DNA of 64,000 bases, taken from positions 69,378,001-69,442,000 of the forward strand of contig NC_043002.1 of NCBI RefSeq assembly GCF_006345805.1, read 5' to 3'. Shown in pieces: positions 51,867-64,000 of the stretch. The stretch's first letter is position 1. Each line of letters opens with the position of its first letter. The position numbers and the translations under genes were made by a program. The notes below the pieces were generated by a model. It saw only the letters and a list, made by a program, of their open reading frames with translations. It did no database searches and had not been told where the DNA came from. This DNA comes from Octopus sinensis (Eukaryota).

Positions 51867-52266
51867 TACTCTTTTACTTGTTTCAGTCATTTGACTGCAC
51901 CCATGCTGGAGCACCGCATTTAGTCGAGCAAATCGACCCCAGGACTTATTCTTTGTAAGCCTAGTACTTATTCTATCGGTCTCTTTTGCTGAACCGCTAA
52001 GTTACTGGGACGTAAACACACCAGCATCGGGTGTCAAGCGATGTTGGGGGGACAAACACAGACACACAAACATATATACACACATATATATATACATATA
52101 TACGACGGGCTTCTTTCAGTTTCCGTCTACCAAATCCACTCACAAGGCTTTGGTCGGCCCGAAGCTATAGTAGAAGACACTTGCCCAAGGTGCCACGCAG
52201 TGGGACTGAACCCGGAACCATGTGGTTCGTAAGCAAGCTACTTACCACACAGCCACTCCTGCGCCT
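51867..52266 (-). mobile_element. Full-length tRNA/CORE-type SINE family B
   Basis: Reverse complement starts aggcgcaggagtggctgtgtggtaag, has gttcagtccc (B-box) and gcaccttgggcaagtg (CORE-like), and ends in an aagtaaaagagta tail. Confidence 0.9.
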
Positions 52267-53038
52267 ATATATATAAATTTATATTGTACTTGAAGTAAAA
52301 TAGCCTCAACAGAAAACGGAAAACGTATCCATTAGAGACCATCCAGTTTGAAGTCGTTCCACTTCACATAAACTATTTAGTGCTCTCAGACAATAACAGT
52401 AATCTATAAGCAAGGCAAAATAAAATGTTGTTTTTTTCTTTTCGAGAAACTTCTAGGAAAAAGTAATGATAATATTTCGATTGCAGATTTTATTCGGTTG
52501 GTGCATAATTAACGACCGTTTTATAATTTAATTCATAATTTAAGTTTTATTAATTATGCGTCAACCCAATATATTAAAATTTTATACACTTAAGTTATGA
52601 TTTTTTTTTTCTGAGACGAAACTTTCGGTCAATCAATTTTTAATAATTTCAACGAAACACCCGTTCATTTCTTTGCGGCTTTAATCTCTTACAAAAACGA
52701 TTCACATTTTCTTTTTAGGGACTTTATTGTAAATAAACGTCTTTTAGTACTGTTCTCGCTACTAGGGTAGAAAATTGGTATTATTTCCAATGCATTTTCG
52801 TCGCACAATGTAAAAAAAGAAAAAAAATGCAACTTGATGTTAGTCTGATGAAGCGCCACTCCAATATTTTGATATAAGGTAATACATACATTGCGTAACA
52901 TTTTCACGCGGAATCACACACATACAATGAGGCAAAAAGAACTATAACTAAAATCAAAGTTGTGTTATATTCATTCTTCGTCTTGTAACATACACACACA
53001 CACACACATGTATGTATGTATGTATGTATGTATGAATG

Positions 53039-53069
<31 letters not shown>

Positions 53070-53234
53070 GAGTATGTATGTATGTATGTATATATATATA
53101 TATACACATATATATATACATACATGTATATATGTGTATATATATATATTTCTATATATATATATTATATATATAATATATATATTATGTATATATTATA
53201 TCTATATATATATTATTGATGTATATATATATAG

Positions 53235-53265
<31 letters not shown>

Positions 53266-53282
53266 ATATATATATATATGAT

Positions 53283-53433
53283 GGCGTGTGGGTAAATAGC
53301 TTGCTTACCAAGCACATGGTTCCGGGTTCATTCCCACTGCATGGCACCTTGGGCAAGTGTCTTCTGCTAAAGCCTCGGCCGACCAAAGCCTTATGAGTGG
53401 ATTTGGTAAACGGAAACTGAAAGAAGCCCGTCG

Positions 53434-53474
<41 letters not shown>

Positions 53475-53691
53475 TTATGTTTGTGTGTCTGTGTTTGTCC
53501 TCCCAGCATTGCTTGACAACTGATGATGGAGTGTTTACGCCCCTGTAAATTAGCGGTTCAGCAAAAAGAGACCGATAGAATATGTACTAGGCTTACAAAG
53601 AATAAGTCCTGGAGTCGATTGCTCGATTAAAGGCGGTTGCTACAGCATGGGCGCAGTCAATGACTGAAACAAGTAAAAGAGTAAAAGAGTA
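53283..53691 (+). mobile_element. Near full-length tRNA/CORE-type SINE family B
   Basis: ggcgtgtgggtaaatagcttgc...ggcaccttgggcaagtgtcttctgcta...tgactgaaacaagtaaaagagtaaaagagta. Confidence 0.88.
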
Positions 53692-54601
53692 TATATTATA
53701 TATATTATATATAATATATATTATATAATATTATATATATATATATATATATTATATATAATGTATTGTGTGGGTGTGTGTATCTCTCTGTGTATATAAA
53801 ACACAGAATAAAGATAGATAGATATATTATTCCACATTTAGATTTGGCGGATTGTATGTAAATTTTCATCTATAGCCCACTCTACACGCAAGCATGCACA
53901 CACACACACACACACCACACAGGCGCACATACACATGCGCGCGCACGCACTATTTTAAGTAATGAAGAAAGAATTTCATTATGTAAGATGTTTCATTAAT
54001 ATATGGTATGTAAATAACTTAATAAATACTTTAAAACTCCCATATGTATGCATGTACGTACGTATGTATGTGTGTGTGTGTGTGTGTGCATATATATGTA
54101 TGTAGGTATTTTTGTATTATCTATGTATGTGTGTGTATGAATGTGTGTATGTATAATGTGTATGTTTGTCTCTAGGGCTATATGTATAGGTGGTCATTTG
54201 GCACAGTCGCTGGAACGTCTGAGAGATTGTTTTGCGGTATTCGTTTCAACTTTCTAATCCCACGGGAACCAACACGTCCCTTCATTCATTCAGGATCGGT
54301 AAACATAGAACCACCCCCACATTGTGGTCGATGGTTCTTCTACTTCTCTCTCTCTCTCTTCCTCTTTTCTATCTGTTTATCTCTCTCTGGAAGAAATCTG
54401 TCGTACTTAGACCGAGAGAGATAAGGACTCCATCAAATCTAAGAATGTCCAAGATACGCCCTATATCATGATGGTATCCTTACAACTCCATCGCGGTGCT
54501 GAAAACCCAAGGCAAGGCATATATATAATGTATGTATGTATGTATGTATGTATGTATGTATGTATTATGTATGTATGTATGTATGTATGTATGTGCACAC
54601 C

Positions 54602-54835
54602 TTTGAATGCAGTGTATAACAGAAGGTTTACAAATCTAACGGAGGCTTCAAAAGACATCTTAAGATCCACAAAGATCAGAACTTATCTGCAGCTCTTTGT
54701 GGTCCAAATCGGAGGTGCAATCTATGTGGGTGTCTTTTCAGAACATTGTCCGGTTTAAAAAGCCACATCAGATGGTTCTAAGGTGTAGGTACAGGAGGTG
54801 GTCAAACTCTGCATAAAGAATAGACAACCACCACA
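54602..54835 (+). mobile_element. RTE-type LINE 3' end with two decayed C2H2 zinc fingers and a (TATG)n tail
   Basis: FECSV*QKVYKSNGGFKRHLKIH and RCNLCGCLFRTLSGLKSHIR, followed within ~50 nt by a (TATG)n tail; in-frame stops; no splice context. Confidence 0.6.
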
Positions 54836-56483
54836 TGTATGTATGTATGTATGTATGTATGTATGTATGTATGTATGTATGTATGTATGTATGTATGTAT
54901 GTATGCTTGCATGTGTATATGTAATCATGTATGTATATTTGTACGAATATGAATGCATGTATATATATATATATATACTAATGTGTATGGCGAAACTGGC
55001 CTTTAGTTACGAACCAATCGCACCGCTGAGCCGCCAATGACGTCCAACTTCTTAAGACTGCTGCCCCAATGAATATTAATATAACAGAATAATCTCGTTT
55101 TCCATTTGGACACTTTCCTTATCTTTTTTTTTTTTTAAGCGGAATTACTTCTGTCAGATAATAAAAGCAGTTGTATCCTGTACTGCAATGCTCCCTGCAT
55201 ATTTCTCCCTAAAATGTTCTAATAGTAGCTGTTGTCTGGACCCGTCCATCATCTTTTTATTTAGCTATCTTTTTTAGTAGCTATTTTCTGAACTTCCAAT
55301 AATTTAAAGTTGGTCTCAGAATAAGTTCAGAAAAGATCAAGACGCCATGTTTAAAAAAAAAAATCCTAATTCATTATTTTCTGTTTATTCGTTACCATTA
55401 TTACCATATAAGATTACTGGAAATATTTTAGTCAATCCCATGATAATAATAAGTCATAATAGATACTAGGGACATAGTTAAGATGGCGTATAGTTCGACC
55501 AAATGGTTACTTTTGTAATGTTACAGAGTGGAACTCTATGCAATGGCTTGTAGCTATGTATGTTTGTGATTTTAATGTTTCTGCTACACAGGTGGAGGTG
55601 TCTTAACTAAAACACTGATTTCATATAAAATCAATGTTCTGTATCAAGTTAGCGCTGTTTGTCTCTTTCTCTTAGAAAATTAACTGAGAAGTTTTTTGTG
55701 ATTTCTCGGCATAAATTACTTACGGCTAGTACGAAGAACATCATTATAGAAAGATTGCACCCCCATCTCTCTCTCTTATTTTTCACATATCTAAATGTAG
55801 TTTTAGGACGCCTATCCATTTGTAACGTATTTTGTTTCATATAAAACAGACTTTTCAATGGCGGAGCTATTTAGTATTAGATATATACCAGCTAATTGTA
55901 CCTGACTTTGTATATCAATAACTTCATTCTGAGCTACCTAGTTGTACATATAACCCTTACCCCACAAAAAACCCCTGGTGTTGACTGAAAGAAAACTAAT
56001 ACGCCTTCAACTTTCCTTTCTGGCTTAAAGTGTTTCCTGGATTCATAAATTTTAATAGGTGGTTCACACTTATATTGATGATTTCTTTTAGAGTGTTTTT
56101 ATCCATAACGTCCTACTCTATCATCAATTCATTAGAATATAAACAAGGGCTCCTGTAGCAGAAAACTGCTTTATTATTTATAATAAATATGTCACTAGAC
56201 ATTGTTGAAATCGTCTTTGTGGCTGTCTTTCCAATTTTTCATATACACAAACAGTTGTTTACGTTCTGGATATAATTTTGACATCAACCAAACTATTTTT
56301 CTAAATGCGTTGATATATAGTCGTCGTTTCGCTAGCGTGTGAATTTTGGATTTTAGTACTGTTATTGTTTAGAATGTAGCTATTATCAATTTGCATGAAA
56401 ACGTCTATGTATTTAGAGCTCATGGCAGTAAAAATTCTCAGCTTTAAAGCTAACTGCCACGACTTTTACTAAATATAGAATAT

Positions 56484-56828
56484 AAGGCGGCGAGCTGGCA
56501 GAAACGTTAGCACGCCGTATTTCGTCTGCCGTTACATTCTGAGTTCAAATTCCGCCGAGGTCGACTTTGCCTTTCATCCTTTCGGGGTCGATTAAATAAG
56601 TACTAGTTACGCACTGGGGTCGATATAATCGACTTAATCCGTTTGTCTGTCCTTGTTTGTCCTCTCGGTGTTTAGCCCCTTGTGGATAGTAAAGAAATAG
56701 GTATTTCGCCTGCCGTTACGTTCTGGGTTCAAATTCGGCCGAGGTCGACTTTGCCTTTCATCCTTTCGGGGTCGATTAAATAAATACCAGTTACTTATGT
56801 TTAGCTCCATGAGGGCAATAAAGAAATA
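56484..56828 (+). mobile_element. SINE family A dimer
   Basis: aaggcggcgagctggcagaaacgttagcacg head plus two body units. Confidence 0.85.
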
Positions 56829-57822
56829 TAAATATAGAAGAGTTGATTCTTCAATTAATCATTAGATGTGATTGCATTTGTAACTTTGTGCCTTTTATTT
56901 GTTTGTATAAAATTGATAACGTTCAAATAATTGCTCAGTTTAATTGCTCACTAAATTCACACTTCTTGCGCTCAGTAAAGGCTTTTTATGGAAATCAGTT
57001 TCATTGTAAAATAACTTAATTTCGGTTATTCTAGGAGTATTTCCATATACTCAACCGATGGATGGATCCTCTTATAACGTTCGAAACAAGACAAGTAGAC
57101 TTTATAGCATGATTAGACACATCGACTATAGACTAGCCTGTTACTTTGGGGGTTTAGAAAGAACACTAATAGTTCTGGATTTTCCTAATAAAGGAGAAAG
57201 AAAGAAATAGTTACAAAGATATTTAAAAATACAAAACAGTAAAAAGAAATAATTTGGATTAAAATATTCGGGCGTTAAAAGAAATTTCCAACAATCCCTA
57301 TTTTAGTTGTTATTCACCTTAGGGAACATATTTCAATAGGACTCCATTGCACTGCATTCAGATTTCACTAAGATTGACTTCAAATTTTAAACGCACGATA
57401 TTGTTGAATATAAAATTTAATACCATTCTCCTTTGCAATAATCGCGTGCGTTCGGCGTTAGAAAGCAACTAATATATTTTTGTAATGAACGCTGATTGCA
57501 AGGGATAAACTCCTGCGACTGGGTTTCAATTCTCGCTTGATTCATGTGCACCTTAATTACGTTCTTAATGCCTCGATGAAAAACCTGAAAGTCGATATTT
57601 TCCGTAAGTTAGAATCTTTATGCTTAGTCAAAATTAACTACCTTTTTGTGATGCGGACAAATTTACGGAAAAGTAAGTTTTCTGAGAAACGAGCTGGTTT
57701 CGATTCCCAGTCGAACCATGTGAAATCATGTTTTCTACCTTTAAAATAAGAATTCTTTGTGCTAATAACAAATTTATCAGTATTCCTGACAAACGTAAAG
57801 TTATCTTTGTTCTTTATTTCAG

Positions 57823-57969
57823 AAATGACCAGTAAACTTGAACTATCAGGCTGCTACTTTAGCGGACGTTTTTTTAAAGATGGTGATACGTGGGAACAAG
57901 ACGAATGTTCTATCTGTACTTGTACAAATGGTGAAGTGTCTTGTGACACCCGTGAAGGTTGCGACGTTG
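57823..57969 (+). CDS. Collagen exon 2: cysteine-rich VWC-like N-propeptide module (EMTSKLELSGCYFSGRFFKDGDTWEQDECSICTCTNGEVSCDTREGCDV)
   Basis: Acceptor tctttatttcag|, donor G|gtaagt; 147 nt, phase 1-1. The C-x17-C-x2-C-x-C-x6-C-x5-C spacing with G-D/E-x-W is typical of the N-terminal part of VWC. Confidence 0.9.
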
Positions 57970-58067
57970 GTAAGTTATGGCGTTTTTATCACCAGAAAAC
58001 TCATCATTATTTCATATACACAAAAGAGATCAGACTGTTGGAAATTATTATTATTATTATTACTATC

Positions 58068-58630
58068 AAGGCGGCGAGTAGCCAGAACACGCTAGACAAA
58101 ATGGTTAGCAGCATTTCGTCTGTCTTTACGTTCTGAGTTCAGATTCCGCTGAGGTCGACTTTGCCTTTCATCCTTTCGGGGTCGAAAAATAAGTAAAATT
58201 GTATACAGGAGTCGATGTAATCGACTTATACCCTCAGCCCCAAACTACTGGCCTTGTACCAAAACTTGAAACCATTATTGTTATTATTATTATCATTATC
58301 ATCATCAATACTTCGAGCTCCCACAATCGCTAGCATGTTGAATAAAATGCTTAGTGGCATTTCGTTCGTCTTGATGTTCTGAGTTCAAATTCTGCCGAGG
58401 TGTACTTTGCCTCTCATCCTTTCGTGGTCGATAAATTTGTATCAGTGGAGTCTTGGGATCGATGCTGTTGAATGCTCCCTACAAAATTTCAGGCCAAGGC
58501 GGCGAGCTGGCAGAAACGTTGGCACGTGGGCAAAATACTTCGCAGCGTTTCGTCCGTCTTTGAACGTTCCGAGTTCAAATTCCGCCGAGGTCGATTTTGC
58601 TTTTCTTCGTTTTGGGTTCGATGAAATAAG
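58068..58630 (+). mobile_element. Three SINE family A copies just downstream of exon 2
   Basis: Heads or bodies at ~58068, ~58320 and ~58496. Confidence 0.78.
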
Positions 58631-58838
58631 CTGAGCGCTAGGGTCCCTTAAAACCGCATTCAAGATATAACTGTTAGTGAAGGAAAAAGGTCGCACCAGT
58701 ACAAGACCGTTACTTTGTTTATCAATTCCATAAGGATTAAAATTAAAATCGAACCCAGCCATACTTGAACTCAGACCGCGGAAGACCGAATAATTACTCT
58801 GACGACTTAGCCAGTCGGTTACCTTAATACATTAATGC

Positions 58839-58874
<36 letters not shown>

Positions 58875-59411
58875 TACACACTACAATCATATATACACAC
58901 ATATATACATATATACATACACACACATGTACATACAGGAGTGAGCAAAAATAGACATACAGTTGTTGAATGAATGATTTTTTCATTTCTCTGTTTCTAT
59001 GATTCTATACTGTATATCTACTTTTGCCCACCCCTGTATAATCGCGCGCGCGCACACACACACACACATGCATGCATACATACGCATGCTCATGTGCGCA
59101 CGCGCGTACACGCACACACACACATACAGATACACATTCTGAGTTCAAATCGAGCCGGGGGTCAACCTACCCTTTTAATCCTCCAAGAGTCGAAAAAATA
59201 GGTACCACACGAGGTATTCAGGACCATCTGTAATCGACTTGTCCCTACCCCCAATAAAATATGGGTAGGAGACAACGTACTTCTACGCACAGAAAAATCA
59301 AACTATTGATACAACCAGCATTCATGTCTAGAGAAAATTGAAGAATAACATAAAAATTAAGCGTCTATGTATATTAATCGTCTTCTTTTCTTACCTTTTG
59401 TTTCACTTCAG

Positions 59412-59425
59412 ATAAGACTTCAGCG
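59412..59425 (+). CDS. Collagen exon 3: 14-nt microexon (D)KTSA
   Basis: Long polypyrimidine tract tcttcttttcttaccttttgtttcacttcag|ATAAGACTTCAGCG|gtaaga. It converts phase 1 to phase 0, exactly what is needed to join exon 2 to exon 4 in frame. Confidence 0.75.
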
Positions 59426-59577
59426 GTAAGAGAAATGGCTATCTTTAATTCGGAATGTCTTCACTATGTTGATTGATATCATTTACTCTCTCTAATTATA
59501 TTCCAGAGCATGTTTAGATTGATGTTACTCTCACTCAGTGAAAATACCTGGAATGTATACAAACTCTCCTTAATGGC

Positions 59578-59612
<35 letters not shown>

Positions 59613-59749
59613 ATTTTTTTTCTCGATTTTCTCTCGATCTGAACCTCTCTCTCTACCCTAACCTTTTCGACTCCCTTCTCTTCCTCTCCTTCTTGAAGTA
59701 CTTTTCATTCTCTCTCTCAGTCTATCTATCCTTTTTATTTTTAATTAAC

Positions 59750-60560
59750 AGAAATTATAAAGTGACTCAAAGTCTGAGAGTTTCGTGCATGCAACAATTA
59801 AAAGAAGTACATATACTCATGTTTTGAGTTCTATTTAGCCTTTTGAACTTCCAAAGCTATATACATATAAAGAAGAAAATGTTTGGAGGTCTTTATCATA
59901 GAACACAGAAAGACAATATTTATATTTTTAACTAAGCACCAACCGGTTATATATACAGAATAGAGGTCGCTCCATCTTGTCTCATCTAAGACGTGCGTAC
60001 TTCATTGGATTACGGTGACATACCAATGTAAGTCACCCCCTAAAGATCCGTAATTAATCTATTCAGTGATAGGCCTGAGCAAGATGACTTGAATCTGTTT
60101 CAACCGCAAATTTTATACCGGAAGGCTTTCTCATAAGCTTCTCTAATGAAATAAGAATATGCCCAAAACATATCCAAAGTTGTCCCCTTCCTTGTCAGAA
60201 AAATCAAGAGATATCAGTCACTGACCAATATTTTCATATAGAATTTCTTCACTGCAGTATCACCTTAGGGATCTTTCACAAAGTTTAACTGCAATCCAAC
60301 TATCTGTCCTAGATTTAGGTCCTATGAAGCTTTTAGTTGCAATTTCAGCTGGGATTACTTATTATCTATCCCGGCCGCAGTCGTATCTCTTGCTAATGTC
60401 TTTCTTAGTCTTTCACTTAACTAAATTTATGCCTGTCTATCGCTCCTTATCTACTTCTTTCTAACCCTTTTTATTTACTTCTGTTTGTATCATTTCATTC
60501 CTTTTTCTCTTTCACTATTTGCATTGAAAAACCTTAGTTAATAAACTTCCATTCCATAAC
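59750..60560 (-). mobile_element. Highly decayed RTE-like RT N-terminal region
   Basis: Frameshifted AAGIDN / IPAEI and EEI...SDKEGD peptides resemble KAAG.D.IPAEL and W.EE.IP...KKGD. Confidence 0.4.
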
Positions 60561-62073
60561 CTCTGTTAACTGGAAATACTAAATAATAACAGAATGTATA
60601 TGACTAAACATAACACTGCGCAGAATATATATTCATGTCAGTCATTTGAGTAATTACGTAATTGGAGATATAGATAAATAGATAGGTAGGTGGATATATA
60701 TACTGATAGAGAAGTAGGTAGGTAGATGAGTAGATAGGTAGGTAGAAAGACAGCTAGATAGATAGACAGACAGATAGATGTACAGATAGACAGACAGACA
60801 AACAGACAGACAACCAGACAGACAACCAGACAGACAAACAGATAGAAAGCTAGCTGGCTAGATATATAGCTTTACCATTTGGTTGTGAAGCTAGATAAAG
60901 TTCACGAGAAGTTGGTCTTGAAATCTCTGATTGGCCTGATTTCATCACTTGCACTTATTCAAGCTACTCAAATAATAGCACTTATAGCTCTGTATATATA
61001 TTCTTGAGGTCGTCTGCCAAATTTAAAGTGACACTTGCAAACGCATGATCTATTAATTAATAAGTACAGTTTTACATTAGCCATATCAATAAATATTAAC
61101 ATTAACCATCTACTAACTTAATAAACCTCACTAAGATTTTTTGTTTTATTTCACTCAGGATTTCATTTAGTCTTGGTCATTGTCTTAACTCTCTTGAAAG
61201 TCCAGAGACATATGCATGTGCACACATGTATACGCGAAAGCGCATAAACGCAGGAACATGCACGTGTGTTTATAAATGCATATGGAAGACTATTTCATAA
61301 CGTTCTACAACATTACCTGTGATTCTGTGAAACAACTGTGCAACAGTTGCATTGTGGCCTGAAAAAAAAAATCCTTGGTTCTTGATTGATGGTCGCCTAA
61401 TTTAAATTATAGAAATACGCGCATTAAATGTTATAACCACCTCTCTTCACACACACACACACACACACACATACACACACACCGCTTTGGTAAACTTGAT
61501 TCAAAGCTTGATTCAAAGCTCAAATAAAATACTTGACTACTCACAGCTCAAAGTCGCGGAATCAAAGCGCTGTTATCACAAGATTGAAACACTTTTAGTT
61601 TGAATGTAAAAGTACAAATCACATAATGGCATTAATTACAATTTTTATCTTTTTGCATGTATAATATGTATGTATGTACTAACATAAGTAGTTGTATGTC
61701 TAGTATGTATATACTGACTGTATATATAACATAAGGAAAAGCATTTTTTGTTTCCGTACGGATATATCTAAAATAAGGATTGCGTGTAGGATAAATTTTC
61801 ACTCCACCACCCCATATAAACGAATAAAGAAAAAGAGATTTAATACGAATATGTTGGTTGAGTGAACCAAAAGAAATTTTATCTAATGGATATTAGTTCA
61901 TAATTATACAGATTAATGAAGCGTGTGAACAATGATATATTTAAAATTATCAGAGACTTATGCTACTAAAAACGAAATTGTTTAAATGCAAAGTTTATTT
62001 AAAGAATAAAGATGTTTTCGTAAGAATTTTTTCAAATTGTTTACCTTAATTTTCAAATTTCTTTTCCGATTAG

Positions 62074-62109
62074 GCTGAAGGCCCTGATCAGCAGACTGTC
62101 TACCGTTCT
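62074..62109 (+). CDS. Collagen exon 4 (AEGPDQQTVYRS)
   Basis: Acceptor tttcttttccgattag|, donor |gtaagt; 36 nt, phase 0-0, no stop codon. Confidence 0.75.
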
Positions 62110-62157
62110 GTAAGTGGTATTTTTACTATTCTTCAGTATAAATTGGTTTTCTCTTTC

Positions 62158-62192
<35 letters not shown>

Positions 62193-62942
62193 GGTGTAAA
62201 TATTTGGTTTAAAATCCTCTGGATAGAGAAAGTCGAAGGCTGCCTTTTTCTATTGAAAGGATTTTTTTTTAAACCAACCATTAACACCCTATTATTTATA
62301 GCATTCTCTACTTCGAATTCAGAGTGAAAAACAAAGTATTCACGTTCTCTTGAAGTATCTAAATTCAATTGGTGTGAACGATGTATACAAAGTTATTTCT
62401 TTTCTTTTTACAAATGAGAAAAGTACGAAAATTGGTTTGAAAAAAACCCCAAAGAAATGTTTCCTTGATTACGTAAAATATCTATTTTTACTTTGTTATT
62501 TAAGTAATCATTTTCAAATGTTAGCAATCACTACTCTTAAATCACTAACTATTTCGTGAATTATTATTGAAGTTGAAACGAAAAAAAAAGTTTAATAGCC
62601 ATCAGTCATTCCAATAATCTTTGGAAGAAAGATGAAAAATGAGACTTTCATTTCACAAAAGATTATTTCCGATATTCTTGACAGGTATCGAATTTGGATC
62701 AAATATCGATCCAAAGATGGCTTTAAATATGTTCTTTCGTAGTGTCTTAGTGTTTGTTTTGGTGAATTTCAGAGTCAGCAATGACAGACTATTTTATTAT
62801 TTGCCATATTCTATAGCCTGACTATATCAAACAATAAAACTATAGCGAGTAAACCAAAAGGAATAATGAATGTTCTTATTTATTTATTTATCTATTTTTC
62901 TGCGTAACTCATTTAAAAAAAATAATCTGAATTTTTTCACAG

Positions 62943-62996
62943 GGACCACCTGGAAACCAGGGACCAGAAGGAGTTCCCGGAAGACAAGGAGAGAGG
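62943..62996 (+). CDS. Collagen exon 5: 54-bp Gly-X-Y exon (GPPGNQGPEGVPGRQGER)
   Basis: attttttcacag|GGA CCA CCT...GAG AGG|gtaaga. Exactly six Gly-X-Y triplets in 54 nt starting with a Gly codon is the hallmark exon unit of fibrillar collagens. Confidence 0.93.
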
Positions 62997-64000
62997 GTAA
63001 GAATTTATTTTATTCGTTTTTATTTAGGTCCTAATAAGTGTTTATCACCAAATACAAGACAATTAGAATACATTTTTTACTATAAACACTATTACAAATG
63101 TACTACTTGCTCTTAATTAAAAGCCTGAGACATATTCATTAGCGACCACTTCATTAAAATACCGAGTCAAAGTTATTTCCCAAGTCATTCAAATCTTTAT
63201 TTAGATGGCTAGAATAATGGAATATAGGTTACATATAGTGGTGAAGCACTATCTCCTTAAAAATCCAAAAGGCCACTGAAACAATTTCTGGTGAAATCTG
63301 CCTCCATTTAAATGATTGAAACTTTTGCTATATTGTTGGTATGTTGTCTTTGGCCTGTAACTTTTGAAGCACTGAAGCAATTCAAAGCGCACGTGTAGAT
63401 TGAAAGAAGATTAATGCAAAACTTGCCGGTTTGATATATTTTCACCTCATAGCAACTTAACTGAAAATTGCTTAAAAGCAAACAAAATATTAGATTTGAG
63501 GTTTGTAATGATTTTATTGAGGAAAATGCTGTATGTAACTTAATCAAGCGATTCTGTTTTCTGAGAGATTCGGAGCTAAGGAAATTGATGTAAGGAAATC
63601 TTGATAATTAAATTTGCTACTGTTGATTTGTTAATTCAATTTGAAATGACTTTTATAAAATTATTTTTAATTTCTTTGCAACACTTATAAACATAAAACA
63701 TGATTGAGTCACGGAAAGCTAATACTAGGAAATATTTGAATATTGTAACTGTAGAAGAAATTATTGAAACAAAGTTGGTTTCAATAGCGATTAGTATTTG
63801 CAGTTTAATATTGAAAAGTGTTGCAACTTTGAAAAGTATGAAGTATCGGGTTTAGGGCTGAAGATTCGTGAATTACAAGCCGGTCACCAGCGTGGACAAA
63901 GTAATGATTAGGTCAGCACTGTTCCGTTTACCTTGTTGTAAAGTGGAGAGAAAGAGAAACGGACGACGAATAGCTCAGTGCCTGGGTGTCGAACTGAATA

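Noticed and set aside
55527-55557. Possible extra exon in intron 1 (ttacag|...|gtatgt)
   Set aside because: 31 nt ending in phase 2 would frameshift the VWC exon; no support.
57759-58136. 125-aa ORF as a complete small secreted protein
   Set aside because: It is collagen exon 2 read through both flanking introns; strong AG and GT sites bound the Cys-rich part.

Overview
AT-rich, microsatellite- and retroelement-dense eukaryotic DNA. The repeat families and motifs point to an octopus (coleoid cephalopod) genome; this is an inference, not database-confirmed. Positions ~1-42,300 look intergenic. They hold head-to-tail Helitron units, many tRNA-derived SINEs of at least three families, decayed Tx1/L1-, RTE-, R4- and CR1/L2-like LINE fragments, a TIR element with telomere-like repeats, satellites and a 1,012-bp tandem duplication. 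From 42,608 the + strand carries the 5' end of a fibrillar-type collagen gene not visible in the ORF track. I reconstructed it from five exons: signal peptide, a 6-Cys half-VWC exon, a 14-nt microexon, a 36-nt exon and a 54-nt Gly-X-Y exon. They give 111 in-frame codons, all introns GT-AG, and the gene continues past the window. The most unusual object is a 593-bp foldback retroelement at 11,001-11,593 with a 12-bp TSD. It has a central tRNA-like Pol III head, and each inverted arm carries a minimal Penelope-type hammerhead ribozyme motif. Almost all ORFs in the supplied track are microsatellite or repeat artefacts. Repeat boundaries are read by eye and approximate unless TSDs or termini are quoted.
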